The position numbers and the translations under genes were made by a program. Below are positions 34,141 through 46,503 of a DNA stretch of 64,000 nt, piece after piece (the stretch's first letter is position 1; the number at the start of each line of letters is the position of its first letter). The stretch is taken from the NCBI RefSeq assembly GCF_902459465.1, contig NC_047067.1, forward strand, positions 21,452,001-21,516,000. Direction: 5' to 3'. Under the pieces are notes generated by a model. It saw only the letters and a list, made by a program, of their open reading frames with translations. It was not told where the DNA came from and made no database searches. This stretch comes from Asterias rubens. Its lineage: Eukaryota.

Positions 34141-35747
34141 GGTTTGATAATATGTATGAAATATATCATAACTGTTGCTTCTATACGCTCATTTCAAACT
34201 ACTTTAGGTTTTTTTCACCAGATGAGTTCTTTGAGATGTAAATTTTTAGAGATTTTTTTAGAGCATTTGCCCTAGAGAACAGTGCTGCACAAACCGCTTC
34301 ACTTTGGTATGTAAATAGGATGAGATGTTGAGGATGGGTGCCTTTTGTTTTAAACCATTGTACACACAACTCAATCACAGTATTAATGTTATATATTTTG
34401 AAAACTAGTGTAATTTTCTCGGTTGACTTTTTAAACCAATGTAGACGATGCACAACACCGCGCACCATGAAGAGTCACTCACTAGATTGTCTCAGCTTGT
34501 CAAACACAAACATTCTTGTTGACCAGGCAAGATATTCTTCCTACCGAAGTCTGTTTCCTGATTTTGTTTTCCTTGGGAAAAAAATCACAATTCTTCAAGT
34601 AGAATGTGAAACTTAATTTTTTTTTAGAGTATATTTACTTTCTCCTGACGATGATGTGAGCATACTGATCAAAACGTTGAGTTTCCAACCACAGGTTCTT
34701 TTCAGAACCAACACTACCCCAAAGAGATTTACACATTGTGCTACGGCAAACCTGGCCTGATTATAATACTTTTAATTAAGGTCTATTAGAGCCTTAGCTA
34801 TGTGTACATATCGGTTAGCAATTCACGTCTGTTGACTGAATTTGCAAAATCAAGGTCTCCTTTGTGAAATGAAGCTGATCTTATAAATTGGGTATGTCAT
34901 CGAGTAAATTTGTTTTATGTTAGTCCTCCAAATGACTTTTTTTTTAGTGTACAATATCAAAGGTTTGGAAGCAAAGGTTCAACATATATTTGAGAAATCC
35001 ACAGATTATAAGTGCACGGTTTGCCTGCCTTTATTTGAAAAAGGATCTCGGTGGGAAAACTCTTCATGATGCTCTGTATTGGAATCTTCCAAATTGTTGT
35101 GATGTAAATATGTGAATTCAAATAATCACCATTTTAAAAGTAATTGATTAAGACTTTCCTAATCCCAAGTGTAATGTGCCAGTTTACAAACAGCTAACCA
35201 ATCATGAATGCAGAATGGTTCATTGATGAATGTCCCAACTATAGTTGGGACCCATCTATAGTTGGGACAGGCCTTTTAAGTGCAACTTAGAGCAGGCTTA
35301 ACTGTACTCATTTTGGGGCATAACATGGGTAAGAAATACATACAGTCTGCAATTTCAACACTCCTCCTTTGGATGTAATCTGTAAACAGAATCTCCACAG
35401 TGGCCAGTTTGACTTTGTTTTTTTAAAACAAAATCACTTTGTTTTCTACTAGTGAGTAAGGTAAATTAATTTCTCAATAAATAAAGGCCTACAAGTTAAG
35501 TTAAAATAGGAGGGTAGCAGTAGTGAAATCTGCAGAAAAGTGAAGAAAAAAAATTGTTAAGGTCAAAGTGAGAATAATTTCCAGTACATGTATTTGTGTC
35601 CTTAAAAGTTGGCTCCAAGTTGTGTGGATAGATTTGGGGGTACACACATTCTTTTAGTTACCATTACTTTTCTTAAAAAATGAAATGTTTGTTAGTTGTG
35701 GCAGAAACAGTACATGTATAATGAAGTTGTATTTTGCATTCCCTAAC

Positions 35748-35916
35748 CCGGTGTGGCGGTTTCAACTTTCCGCCGTGTTCAGTTTTCCGAATGACCAAAT
35801 ACGGTAACATTACGTCATGCGACGCCTGCGCACGGCAAGCGAAAGTAGTCAATTGTTAGTGCCGTACTGAGTCACGGAAAAATGAACAAGGCGGAAGACT
35901 GAAACCGCCACACCGG
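35748..35916. mobile_element. MITE with perfect 17-bp TIRs
   Basis: ccggtgtggcggtttca / tgaaaccgccacaccgg, with imperfect complementarity extending inward to about 40 bp. Confidence 0.8.
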
Positions 35917-38329
35917 CACTTTTGTTTTTTTGTAGGTGTTTTTGTTTTTTGCACACAATTTAGGAAATTTAATGAAGATAAACAAATGTACATTCTTGCA
36001 ATCGACTGTTTTTATTTGTTAGTACTATATAATATTGTAGTTATGTACAATGAGCCAAGAAATTGTGTATACATCTAGGCTTGACATCGGGTACCAGTGT
36101 CATAGCTTTGTTTACTGCGCAACACTGTAGAATATTACAGAATACTGCAGAATCTACTGCAGAATCACGACTCAATGAGCCATAAGCGCAGATAGATCTC
36201 TGCAGTAACCAGAACCATGACAATGAAGCCTGGTCATTAAGATTTTTTAAATGACAAGGGGAACATTATGGGGACCAGTTACAATGTACCCATTTTTGCC
36301 ATGTACGCAACCAGTTTAATGTCATTTTCCAATTGTGTACTTTATATCCAAAGGCACCCTTGTTGGTTTTGTGCACATAATTTACTTCTGATTATTCTCG
36401 GTTTGCCAAACCACATGAATCCCTTTTTTAAAGAATCGTTGATATCAACTCCAGACATGCTTATAAACATATGCTCATAATTGTGAACCATATTTTGTAA
36501 GCTTTATAGCAATGCTTAGCTGGCATCTTCTTGTTATATTTGTTCATGGAACTTAAAGCAGTCCACTGTGAATACAATGGCTTGAGCCATAAGCCAGCCA
36601 TTCCATGCAGGATATCACATTGTTGCAGATGGTAGAAAATGGTGCCTAGATATGACTATATTCACTAACGAGTTTGTACAAGTTTTTAGATTTCAATTTA
36701 TAGACGTGCTGGCTACAATTTGCACTCACAATATATACTCTGAAAACTACAACGCCCGAACCCAAATTTACACTGTATTAAGTTATCAATGGTGAATTTC
36801 CTTTGCCAATTAGGAATCCTAGAGAGTGCCTAGCTTCAACTGGATTATTGAAGATTGTATTTACCCATTAAACGTCGTGGTGCTAGTTACAAGAAGAAAT
36901 TAAATCCTAAACATGTCTTTATTTTGTACAGAACACATAAGAAATTATTATGACAATATACTAGACATGAACTTAATCAGTAGGACAATGCGTGTCTCTA
37001 TGTATTATTGTGTACATGTACATGTATATAATTATAATCATTATAATTGTCTGTCCCAAGTCATACAACTTGAAGCTTTGAAGTGTGCTAAGGTTGCCAC
37101 CATTTAGTTGAACATAGGCTATTTTCCAAACCTGGGCTAAATTTCATAAAGCTGTTAAGCAAATGACTCTGCTAAGCAAATATCTTGGCTAAGCAAGAAA
37201 TGACTAGGGTACCAGTTGCAGCAATGGCAATTGTTAGTATTCTGGTTGGTAAGCTATTTCTGATAAGCAAAAGTTGTCTGTGCTTACAGGCTTTAGATCT
37301 GGCACCATTCACCTTTTTGAAGTCACTGGTAAGAAAGTATAGGTTTTCAAAATGAGTGCAAAGGCTAAGAAATGATAGCGTTAATATAGTTGACTTTGGT
37401 CAAATCTAAAAGCTACAAAGCATAGATGCTTAAGCATTTTATTTATATGGCTTGGTTAAGACCAGTACCGGTAGTTGGGAAAACAGTTAGCTGCACTACA
37501 AGTCTGTAATTACTCCTATTATTCAACAGTTTTTATTGAAAAGTTTGTGTTTTTAATCATGAAAATATGTAATGTAAATTAAGAAACAACGGAATCTCAC
37601 TTCATCCTCAGATTGAATTTGACGGAAACAGAAACCAATTTACTTGATAAATAACTTGTGATTAAATTTGTTGTTTGGGGTTTCATGATGAAGCAAGGGT
37701 CTACTCTAGGGTCAGACGAATTCAGGAATATTCACCAACCTCAATATATTTGCTTTATATAGAAAGTGTACACATAAGATATTAAAAATGTAAAATACAA
37801 CACTGATGAATTTGATCCATTTTAAGGTTTGATTCTGAGACAACTTTCATTAAATACAGTGTAACATTGGGGTTTGGTTAAATTAACTCCCGTTTATAAA
37901 CACTTTGCCAACTTCCATACTAACCATCTTTCTCTGGATTTCCGTAGGTGACATGGTGTCAACAAGGAGGGAGTCTGGATGATTTCTTAACAGCTTATTT
38001 TTACTGTTGTTATTCAATTATGGAATGGCATGGCCGAGTGGACTTGTGCACCAGACAGTTTCAGTGTTGTGTGGGTTTGGGTCCGAAGTGGCACTTATAT
38101 CCTGGAGTTTGTATATACATTGTAACTGTATTGTTCTTCATATGGGACATAAAGCAGCAGGTCTTGTGTGTTGTGTAGCACACTTAGAACCAAACGGCAC
38201 ACTTATTGCTAAGTGGAGGGGTTTGCCAGGTGTCTATGGCATGGTTGGCTGCAGACTGCACCATATCTCCTTGTAAACCTTGATTATGTTACCATGGCGA
38301 AAGTCTTCTTGCTTGACTTGTTGAAATGC

Positions 38330-41300
38330 TCAGAATTCTTTTTTGATATCTGTGGAGGAAAGAAAACATGCTTGATTTATTGACAACTGCAAATACAAGT
38401 CCCTTCACTATTAGCTCAATATGCAGTTGTGTACATCAGCTTTGCGGATGACTATTTCTTGCTACTGTAGCTGATCATTTCAGAACTTTGTTAAGTGGCA
38501 TGAGAATGAATTGCCATTTATGAATCACATCTTGAGTCAACCTACTATCATTATTGTACCCTTCTTTCTGCTCTTCCGAGATGGTGAGCATTTGGACTCA
38601 TTATTTACTACTCAGGGAGCCATTCAATGACAATGAGTCAGTCGATTAATCTGGGTTTGTTCTTGTGAGTCACAATAACTCAAATAGTTATTTGCGGAGT
38701 AGAATCTGGAGTCACTCGTCATACACACGAGATAAAATACTCACCACTTTGCTCAATTAATTTGCCCTTCCGTGTGCCTTCCAAGCCGGTGACAAATTGC
38801 TCAAATACTTGGATGCTCTTCAATAAACTCGTCTTCTTATAATCTGATTAGTGAAAACAAGAAAACATAAACTTATCACTTTGTGGATTGTAGTCCAATG
38901 TCATAATGTTGGTCTTAGTTGGTGTGTGCAAAAGAAGTTAGGAGTATTGTTTCTCACGGTATAAAACAGTACCAGACTATATCCTCTTCCAACCAGATTT
39001 TGATTATTTGAATATTCATGAAAGAGGTCACCAAAGTGGGTCATGTTGGACAATAATTACTTGCATACTCCAGGCCTGTAAGCTTCGTTTTTGAAAGGGC
39101 AAGGAACCCAAGGCATTTTCTCCTTATAAAGGGGCAACCTATAAGGAAGTTGTCAACTTCTACTGGGGCATTTTAAGGGCAACAAGGCAATGATACTCCC
39201 ATCTCAATGATACTCGCATCTCTCTGTAAACTTGACAATGGATCAAAAGCTTCTGGTTTCAGTTAATTCAGATGAATCTAGCGTATTATTCAAGCCTCAA
39301 CATTTACCTTCAGACTTGTAACTCTCTTGCCTTCCAGTCTCATTTTACTTCTTGAATAAAAAAGGTAAAACACAACTTAGAGGTTTTTCTTCTTCAAGTC
39401 TTACCAGGGAAACCTTCATGTACCTACCCTTAATCCTCTTCTTTGATGGAGGCTCATTTTCATCATTTGTAGCTTTTTGTTTTCTGTCAAACTCATCAAT
39501 TTCCCTGCACAGCTGGCTGAATCATTGAAAATAAAAGAAAGTTTTTCCTAAATTAAAACAGGCGGCCAACTTTGGCGATTGTCAAAAACCACTTAACATC
39601 ACCAACATAACATAAAACGAAAATCAGAGTCACAAGAAAATACAATCTTCAAATTTGGGACTTACAAGATCAAAAAAAAGTTGATCATAAACTATAGTAT
39701 TTCAGGCCAAAATATTTCAAGGAAACTTTTCCACCACAACCCTCTTCGTACCATGTTAGTTATGTTTAAACTGTAACAACTTTTGTATCTTGTGAATATT
39801 GAGTACACCCTTTAAGAATCATTGGAAGTAGAGTTGTGATTTGTAAAGTTTCGACCATGCTCGAAAAGCTTACACACTAACACAAAGTAGGTTTGAGTTT
39901 TAATTCTTAAACACACTGGCAAAAATCCTAGGCTACATTACACCTTTGCACATCAGGTCTGGGTCTACTACATTGGAAGTAGAGGGCAGAGAGGAAAGAA
40001 ATATCTTCACCTAATATCAGGGACAGTGAATGGATCAAAATTGTCCACATCTTTGGCGTCGAATGCAACACAGACTCTGCCCGTTTTCGGATGGACACAG
40101 AATGGACTCTTGAGTAAATGGTTGATTCCTTTACTGACGTTGACGTCCAAACGAGGGTAACAATACTGGAACTTGATCTCTGTTACAAGGTGCTGGCACT
40201 TCTTGACATTTCCCTAAGACAAGGAAATATGGAAAAAGTTATCATGGCTGTTTTCCGAGGTTCAAGAGATATGACAAATAATTGGTAGTTTGAAATTGCT
40301 TATTCTGGCTTTGAGATGGCTTACTTTGCTGACTTCCCCCATAATGCATCTCTCTAAACGATCCCATCTCTCGGCTGATGTTTTGGCGCGCTCCATCTGC
40401 TCTGCAAGTAGTTTCCTAAGATGTGAGGGCACTATATAGTCAAGGAAGAGCTTTGCAATTAATAGAACACTTCTTTGTTTATTTGGATTCTTTCTTGAAA
40501 GAACATGTCTGGAATTTCATCTTTGAGAGGACAGCGATATTTTTATTTTACAAAAGGCACTTCCAAAGGAAAATCTATGAGAAACTTTAGAAAGGGCACC
40601 AAGGCCAAGACCAGGGCATTGGAAACCATGTGGTGAACCAGATTTTCTGAAAGACTTATGAAAACAATGAATCTTAAAGATACTTTTTTTTTTCTTCTCA
40701 AGAGCTTTGTGTTTAAAGGATATTAGAATCATTGACAAGGGTCAAGACTTTCTCCCACGATGCTTTGTCTTCCATCAGACCCTGGTTCCGCAGAGCATAT
40801 CCCTCAAAATAGTGATTGATGATTCGTTTGGCTTGCCTGAAGAAGGTAAAAAGAAGAAACGACATAATTGGATTAATGTATTAAACTGAAGTGTGTGAAG
40901 CCTGCTCAATGCTTAATTTATCTGAGCACTTCAACCAATAGCAACACATACTAAACGTGTGGACCATATTTTATATCACTGATGCGCCTTAGCAGGCCTG
41001 GAATTTCATCTTTGAAAGGGCAAGGCCATTGGAAACTTTTGAAGAGGCACCAAGGCAAAGACCAGTCCATCGCCTATGTGTAACTCCAGCATGTGCCTGT
41101 CAAACAAATAACTATGAATGGCTTGGCTGCAAAATGGATTTCTTGGCAATCTTATTGTATGGGGACTGTTTTATTATCACTACTTACTCGATGGAAGGAT
41201 GTAGATGCTCTGGAAGACTCACTTTCTTGACTTGGTTCTCACCCCCCTGTTTAGTAAAAAAATATTTGAGATAAAGCCTGAAATGTTTGGTTCGAGACAC

Positions 41301-43304
41301 ACATTTGAAGGTTTAAAAATGCACTGTCATATTCAATCCCCACCCCCTCCTGTCAATACACAAGTCTTACCTTCACAACACTCAAGTATTCTGCAATTGC
41401 TGAGCGTGCATTCTGGGATAGTTTCCTGGCGGCCTCATCAGCGACCCAACAATGAACTCCTCTCCGGCCAGAATAAACCCACATGCGATGATCGAACCCA
41501 AAATCATCTTAAATACAAAAGAGACATAGAATTTAAATTATAATTTCGACTGATTTAAGTAAATATCAGGCAAGCAACTGCAGCTTGTCTTAAATTGCCA
41601 GGCACAGCGAGACAGTGAATGAATCAGCTAAAACATTGCATATGGATAGTGTATGTGTCTGTGTCTTGCTTTCCTGTATAAAAATAAATTGATAACAATA
41701 ATCGTATAAGACTTGGAGGAATTCCTATGCATCTTTGTTATTCTATATTTTTGCACCGTCAGCAGAAAACATCGGTCACACAAAACTTTCACAAGGGTTT
41801 CCCTTCTTTTTCTGAAAAACTTGGCAATCAGCTGATAGGATTCACAAGTTTGGTAATTGGTATTCACCATTGACAGTACAAAGGGACACAGGAAGCTATT
41901 TACAATCCTTCCCCCTTTCTGGTTGTGAAGTTTAGAGAAGAATAAATGAAAGTTGTGAATACCATGAAGTGCTCGATCAACGATGCGGACTGCAATTCTC
42001 ATAAGCGGCCAGCACTTTTCACAAATATCAGCTCCCCTAAAAGATGGAAGAGAAAAACATATAGAATTTTTATTTTCAAATGTAATTACTCCATTCTTTG
42101 GATGAAAATTTAGCCGTTTACTCAGGAAATACTGCCTTGACTTTACGAGATCGAAGTATCAGGCCTCTGTAAGTAGTAACCATGCCCATTGCCCCATAAC
42201 ACTACTACATGGTATAATAATTTCTGGGTTGAAATGCTTCCTCTATAACTTACTGACAGCACACCCTGACATCATCGTAGTCTGTCATATCGATATCAAA
42301 TACAAGTTCCTTCTCTTGAGCTTGAAAAGATGCTGCTTTCACTGTCCTGTGATCCTTCGGCTGAAATATAAACAAAATATAAATAATCAAAGAACATTTC
42401 TGCAATTCCCCCCTAATGAAAATAAATCTTTCTTTGTGGAAAGTCTTAATTTGTTTTGAAGGCAATCTAGCTATCATTGATGGGGTTGAAAGTGAGGGGC
42501 ATCTACGACAGTTTGCATTTTAAGGTCGATTAAATTCCTAAATGTCATTGGTGTTGCTTACTTACCCGGTGAGTGAAGACTGCGCCGATATCAATCTTGT
42601 AAGGACATCTTTTCTGTATTTCTTTCTCCATCTCACTCTGATCGGCAAACGACTGGTAGCGAATGTAGATATCATCTTTTAGCGTGAATGAGAACTCACG
42701 ATTCTGGAAGTACGTCTTAGGCACTAAAAAATGAAATAAATCATCTGCAGTTAAGAATCATTCATGGACAATTATGTCATTGAACATTTGGTACTCTCGG
42801 ATGTACCTGTGTCTGTTTGGTATGTACTGTTGTTTAACTTATTGACAAAAGAAACATGAACCATGTGAATTGTTTTATACACTAGTGACTACACAGTCAT
42901 GACAATTTCTGGTTTTATTTTAAATTACACACAACACAAGTAACTTAAATTAACTATCAAGCTAAGAACAAGAACTGAAGCTAATAGTAATATAAAAGTC
43001 AGTACAAGCACCGACAAAAACTAGCTAAATTAATGATAGGACAAGGTTGATCACAATGTTTACAAAATAATGAAGTTTTTATTTATTAATAATTTCATCT
43101 TCCCAATGCCAATCAATCAATGCAATAATGGCCAATCAATCCAATATTAGTTGACATTGTTCGCTTACGTCCGCCGTAGTTGAGCCAACGGTAGTACTGA
43201 TTATAAGGAAATAGACGTCTGTAGTACAAAGGCAATAATTCCGGCAGCTCATCCTGAGAATATGTAGATTTTGTTGTTGTTTCTGAATGATCGTTGAGCG
43301 CCAT
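38330..43304 (-). CDS. PRIM1: DNA primase small (catalytic) subunit, 430 aa. Exons 43169-43304, 42566-42723, 42254-42360, 41963-42036, 41371-41507, 41188-41246, 40724-40836, 40325-40422, 40011-40213, 39428-39516, 38745-38843, 38330-38349.
   Basis: The translation includes [99 protein letters not shown] and DYKKTSL. The CDS totals 1293 nt in frame. Confidence 0.97.
40423..40723 (-). other. U12-type (minor spliceosome) AT-AC intron in PRIM1
   Basis: The 5' end is ATATCCTTT, the branch site is TTCCTTGAC (40439-40447 on the reverse strand), and the intron ends in AC about 16 nt downstream. Only this boundary keeps the primase reading frame. Confidence 0.92.
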
Positions 43305-43425
43305 GACTTTCAATTGTTTGTTATGATCGGTTTTGTACAAAGTTCTAGTTATATATATGCCACAGTGTGTGACACTATATAATGCAATGTACATTCCGCT
43401 GGTGGTGTGTGTACATGATATAAAA

Positions 43426-43511
43426 TTGGCGCGGAAAACATGGCAGGATGACAAAACAGAGGGCGCTGTTAATTTATTTTTACAATCTTGGCTTGGGTGG
43501 TAGGGGCGGGG
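43426..43511 (-). promoter_or_regulatory. PRIM1 promoter elements: E2F-like site and GC box
   Basis: ttggcgcggaaaa at 43426-43438 (TTTTCCGCGCCAA on the gene strand) and ggggcgggg at about 43503-43511, 120-200 bp upstream of the ATG. Replication genes are classic E2F targets. Confidence 0.6.
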
Positions 43512-43861
43512 ACAAAGACATAATTGGGGGAGGGGATATTCAAACCAACAATAATAAAACTAAAAGAGGGAGACCATTCAACAACACAAGACACTGTAGA
43601 AAATGTTGAAGCGCCTTGACAGTGCCATGCATTTATTATGAGTCAAGGATGTCAACAGACAACAGAGTTATTTGAATAATAATTAAAATTATAATAAACA
43701 GAACGTTTCGATTAAGCTTACTTACTATTGTAAAATTTGATATCCAGATATTGCTTCTTCTTTTACCTTTTTATGTGAAAGCCTATATTACCTAATAACT
43801 CTGTGAAAAAATTGGCACCAGTCGAATACAGCGGGTATGTTGGGGGGGGGGGGGGGGGGGG

Positions 43862-44306
43862 TGTTGCATGCAATTATGTCCTCTATGCAATACTATCCGG
43901 CGGACATTATTGCATATGCAAAAAATGTCCGCCGGACGGTTTTGCATATGCAATCGTGTTCGCCTGGACGCTGCTGCATAATGCAACTGTGTCCGCCCGG
44001 ACACATTTGCATATGCAGTTGAGCCGCCCCCGTGCAAAACCGTCCTTGCAGTATACTGACGCCCTTGGTCGAGCGACAGAACGTTCGCCACTTTTTTTCA
44101 AGCTAAGTGCATGTCATGGGAAATGTTCGGCCGTTGGGTATTCGCTGCAATCATAAAATACGTGAATATTCATGCTGCAGTGCACATACGTAGGTTCAGT
44201 GCATGTTTTTTGCATAGCCCCGGACACGATTGCATATGCAAAAGTTGCACATGCAAAAGTGTCCGGAGCGGACAGTATTGCATGGCGGACACAATTGCAT
44301 CTGACA
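43862..44306. mobile_element. MITE with imperfect TIRs and palindromic subterminal repeats
   Basis: The ends tgttgcatgcaattatgtcc / ggacacaattgcatctgaca are imperfect reverse complements. Multiple ggaca...ttgcatatgcaa...tgtcc palindromes lie inside both ends. Confidence 0.7.
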
Positions 44307-45129
44307 GGGGCGTAACAAATGAATTACATCACAGACCATTCAACATGGTTGGGAGGGGGGGGGGGTCAGTTACTGTAAAATAGGGGTTCGATATAATTAT
44401 GAGGAAAAAACTTATACAATTTATGGTTGTGCAACTTTCCGTCTCTGCCACGTGCTCACACCAAATCTCTTCTTGTTGACGTTTAGGACGTCAACAAGAA
44501 AGAATGGACCATTTCCAAAGTAGGGGTGTTTAGTACAATCGAAGCATTATTGTTACACCAACAAGTTAATTTTACTCTAATTTCACACAATCTTAAAACA
44601 AATTTGAAGTATTGTGCCAATATTTTATTTTAAAAAGTCCTAAAATGAGTTATATTTAAGTAGTAGATGGGTGATTTTTTAAACTGCCCCTCTGAGCTGA
44701 ATTTGTTGACACCCCTGTCATTAGTATAGGAGGCACATGTCACTATATGCAGTGTGTTTGGATGGTTTTGGCTGGCACGTAGCAAACTCACGTTTCTAGG
44801 CGCGTGGACTGAATTAAGTTGCATGGTTTGCAGTAGAAAAACCACTGAAATCCCTTCATTCGATTACCAATTATATTTTGTGGGGTCAGCAGTGGGCGTG
44901 TGGTATAGTCACTATCAGGTTTTCAAGTCAGCTACTTGTTCTCGTGCATTTTGTGTCAAAACATTCATTTCTTTGCCAAGCCATCGACCCACCAAGATCA
45001 AGAAGGGAGCTACCGAAATCGTTCCTGACGTTTCATTTTCAACAATCGGCTTACACCACCCACCATTGCTTCACTAGAGACAACAAGCTGACAGGAGTCT
45101 TGTGAGTTCCAATCAGTCACAATATTTAC

Positions 45130-46503
45130 AGAGAACTTTCTGTCAAAGTTGATCGGGTCTACTAGTGCTACAATTTCTCTTCAGTGACTTTTGAACAAAA
45201 ATTGCACTGGCAAAAGAATTCAAAGATCGAGCCTGCTGGTCACTGTGTAAGTTTCTGCTTCATTTTCCTTCTTGACCATAAATGTATATTTTTTTTTCTT
45301 CATATTGACAAGAAATAAAAATAACACAGGATTGTATAATAATTCTTATCGAAAACTATGAATGAAAAAATGTTCACTTCCATTTTAAATTAATTTCATA
45401 CCGCACTAGACTTGTCTCGTTTATATACCAGTCCTTCCCAGAGAAGTATTTTACTCTATAGAGAAAATGGCGTCCGAACACCCCAAATCACGTAAAAAAT
45501 ATTCCAAAAAGATAAATAGTAACAATATGTCAGACTCTCCTCCCTGAACCCTCAAGAACCAGAGATAGTTTAAGAGAAAGATGCTGCCTTCATTGCACAT
45601 GTCGAAAGTCGACCACGTTTGGTAAATATAAAACTATTTTTGGCAATAAAAATGAGTGGAAAGTTGTGGTCTTTTTCTTTGGGGGTCTATTCTTGTCTGA
45701 AGTCTCTAGCCTAGGCCTAGCACATTGTTTGTGTAGCTAGATTGAAAATGTCTTTTTTTCTAAATAACTATGGTTAATTAGCCCTCAGGTTTGGACCAAA
45801 CTTCGTAGCACTGGATACCACAGAATTCTGCACTTACTTACCGTGCCCAGTAAATAGCTGTGATTTCATGGGTAAACTCAAACTGTTGATATAATAATAA
45901 TGTTGATATAAACTATTGAAAAGTAAGTAGACCCAGTAACTGGGGCGTTGTACTCCTTTTATTTCATTATTCATTGGTTGTAATGTATACGAAAATGTCA
46001 AAAAAAAAAAAAAAAAAAAAGTTGTACAGTGCCCCAGTTACTGGGTCTCATTATGAAGGCGCTAATTTTGAAGTTGTGGCTTGGTTAAAAGCGTGAAAAG
46101 AAAGCTTCATTCATGAAACCCAGTCAAGTCAACTCAGAAATGCCAATTCCATGCAATAAAGGAGTCACTAAATCGGTTGTTAATTTAGACGTGCCAGCCT
46201 TATAAGTTATACTTCATGTGCATCAATTGAGGTAACCCCAAGAATAAGGATTCATGAAAATCTTTCACCAAACCAACTTATAATATTGCTTACTATATTA
46301 ATCAACCTGGTTGTTTGATGGTTGTTTGTTTTTCACAGATTGGGAAGAAACTTTGTTCTTGGCCATCAGAGAATGACCCAGAGCCTCCTGGCATTCAATA
46401 CAACCCTACCACTATTGGTGCACTGCACAAGAGACACCCAATCACCAGCTTCAACTTTCTGAACATCGGATAAAGTGCTGAACCGGACTGAAGAATGACT
46501 AAG
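45130..46503 (+). other. Putative spliced transcript divergent from PRIM1 (lncRNA, micropeptide gene or long 5' leader). Candidate exons ending at 45246, 45462-45621, 45789-45849, 46339-46503.
   Basis: Successive acceptor/donor pairs are present (gtaagt at 45247, gtaaat at 45622 and 45850, tttcacag at 46338, gttagt at 46504). The candidate exons are less AT-rich than the introns. There is no homology evidence. Confidence 0.4.
45929..46048. mobile_element. MITE with perfect 18-bp TIRs (same family as the 8467 copy)
   Basis: agacccagtaactggggc / gccccagttactgggtct. Confidence 0.75.

Noticed and set aside
35741-35749. CCCTAACCC as a telomerase RNA template
   Set aside because: The match is only 9 nt and abuts the TIR of a MITE. 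No pseudoknot or H/ACA features are recognisable.
43792-44383. Cluster of overlapping ORFs on both strands
   Set aside because: They arise from the palindromic MITE sequence and a poly-G run and show no protein motifs.
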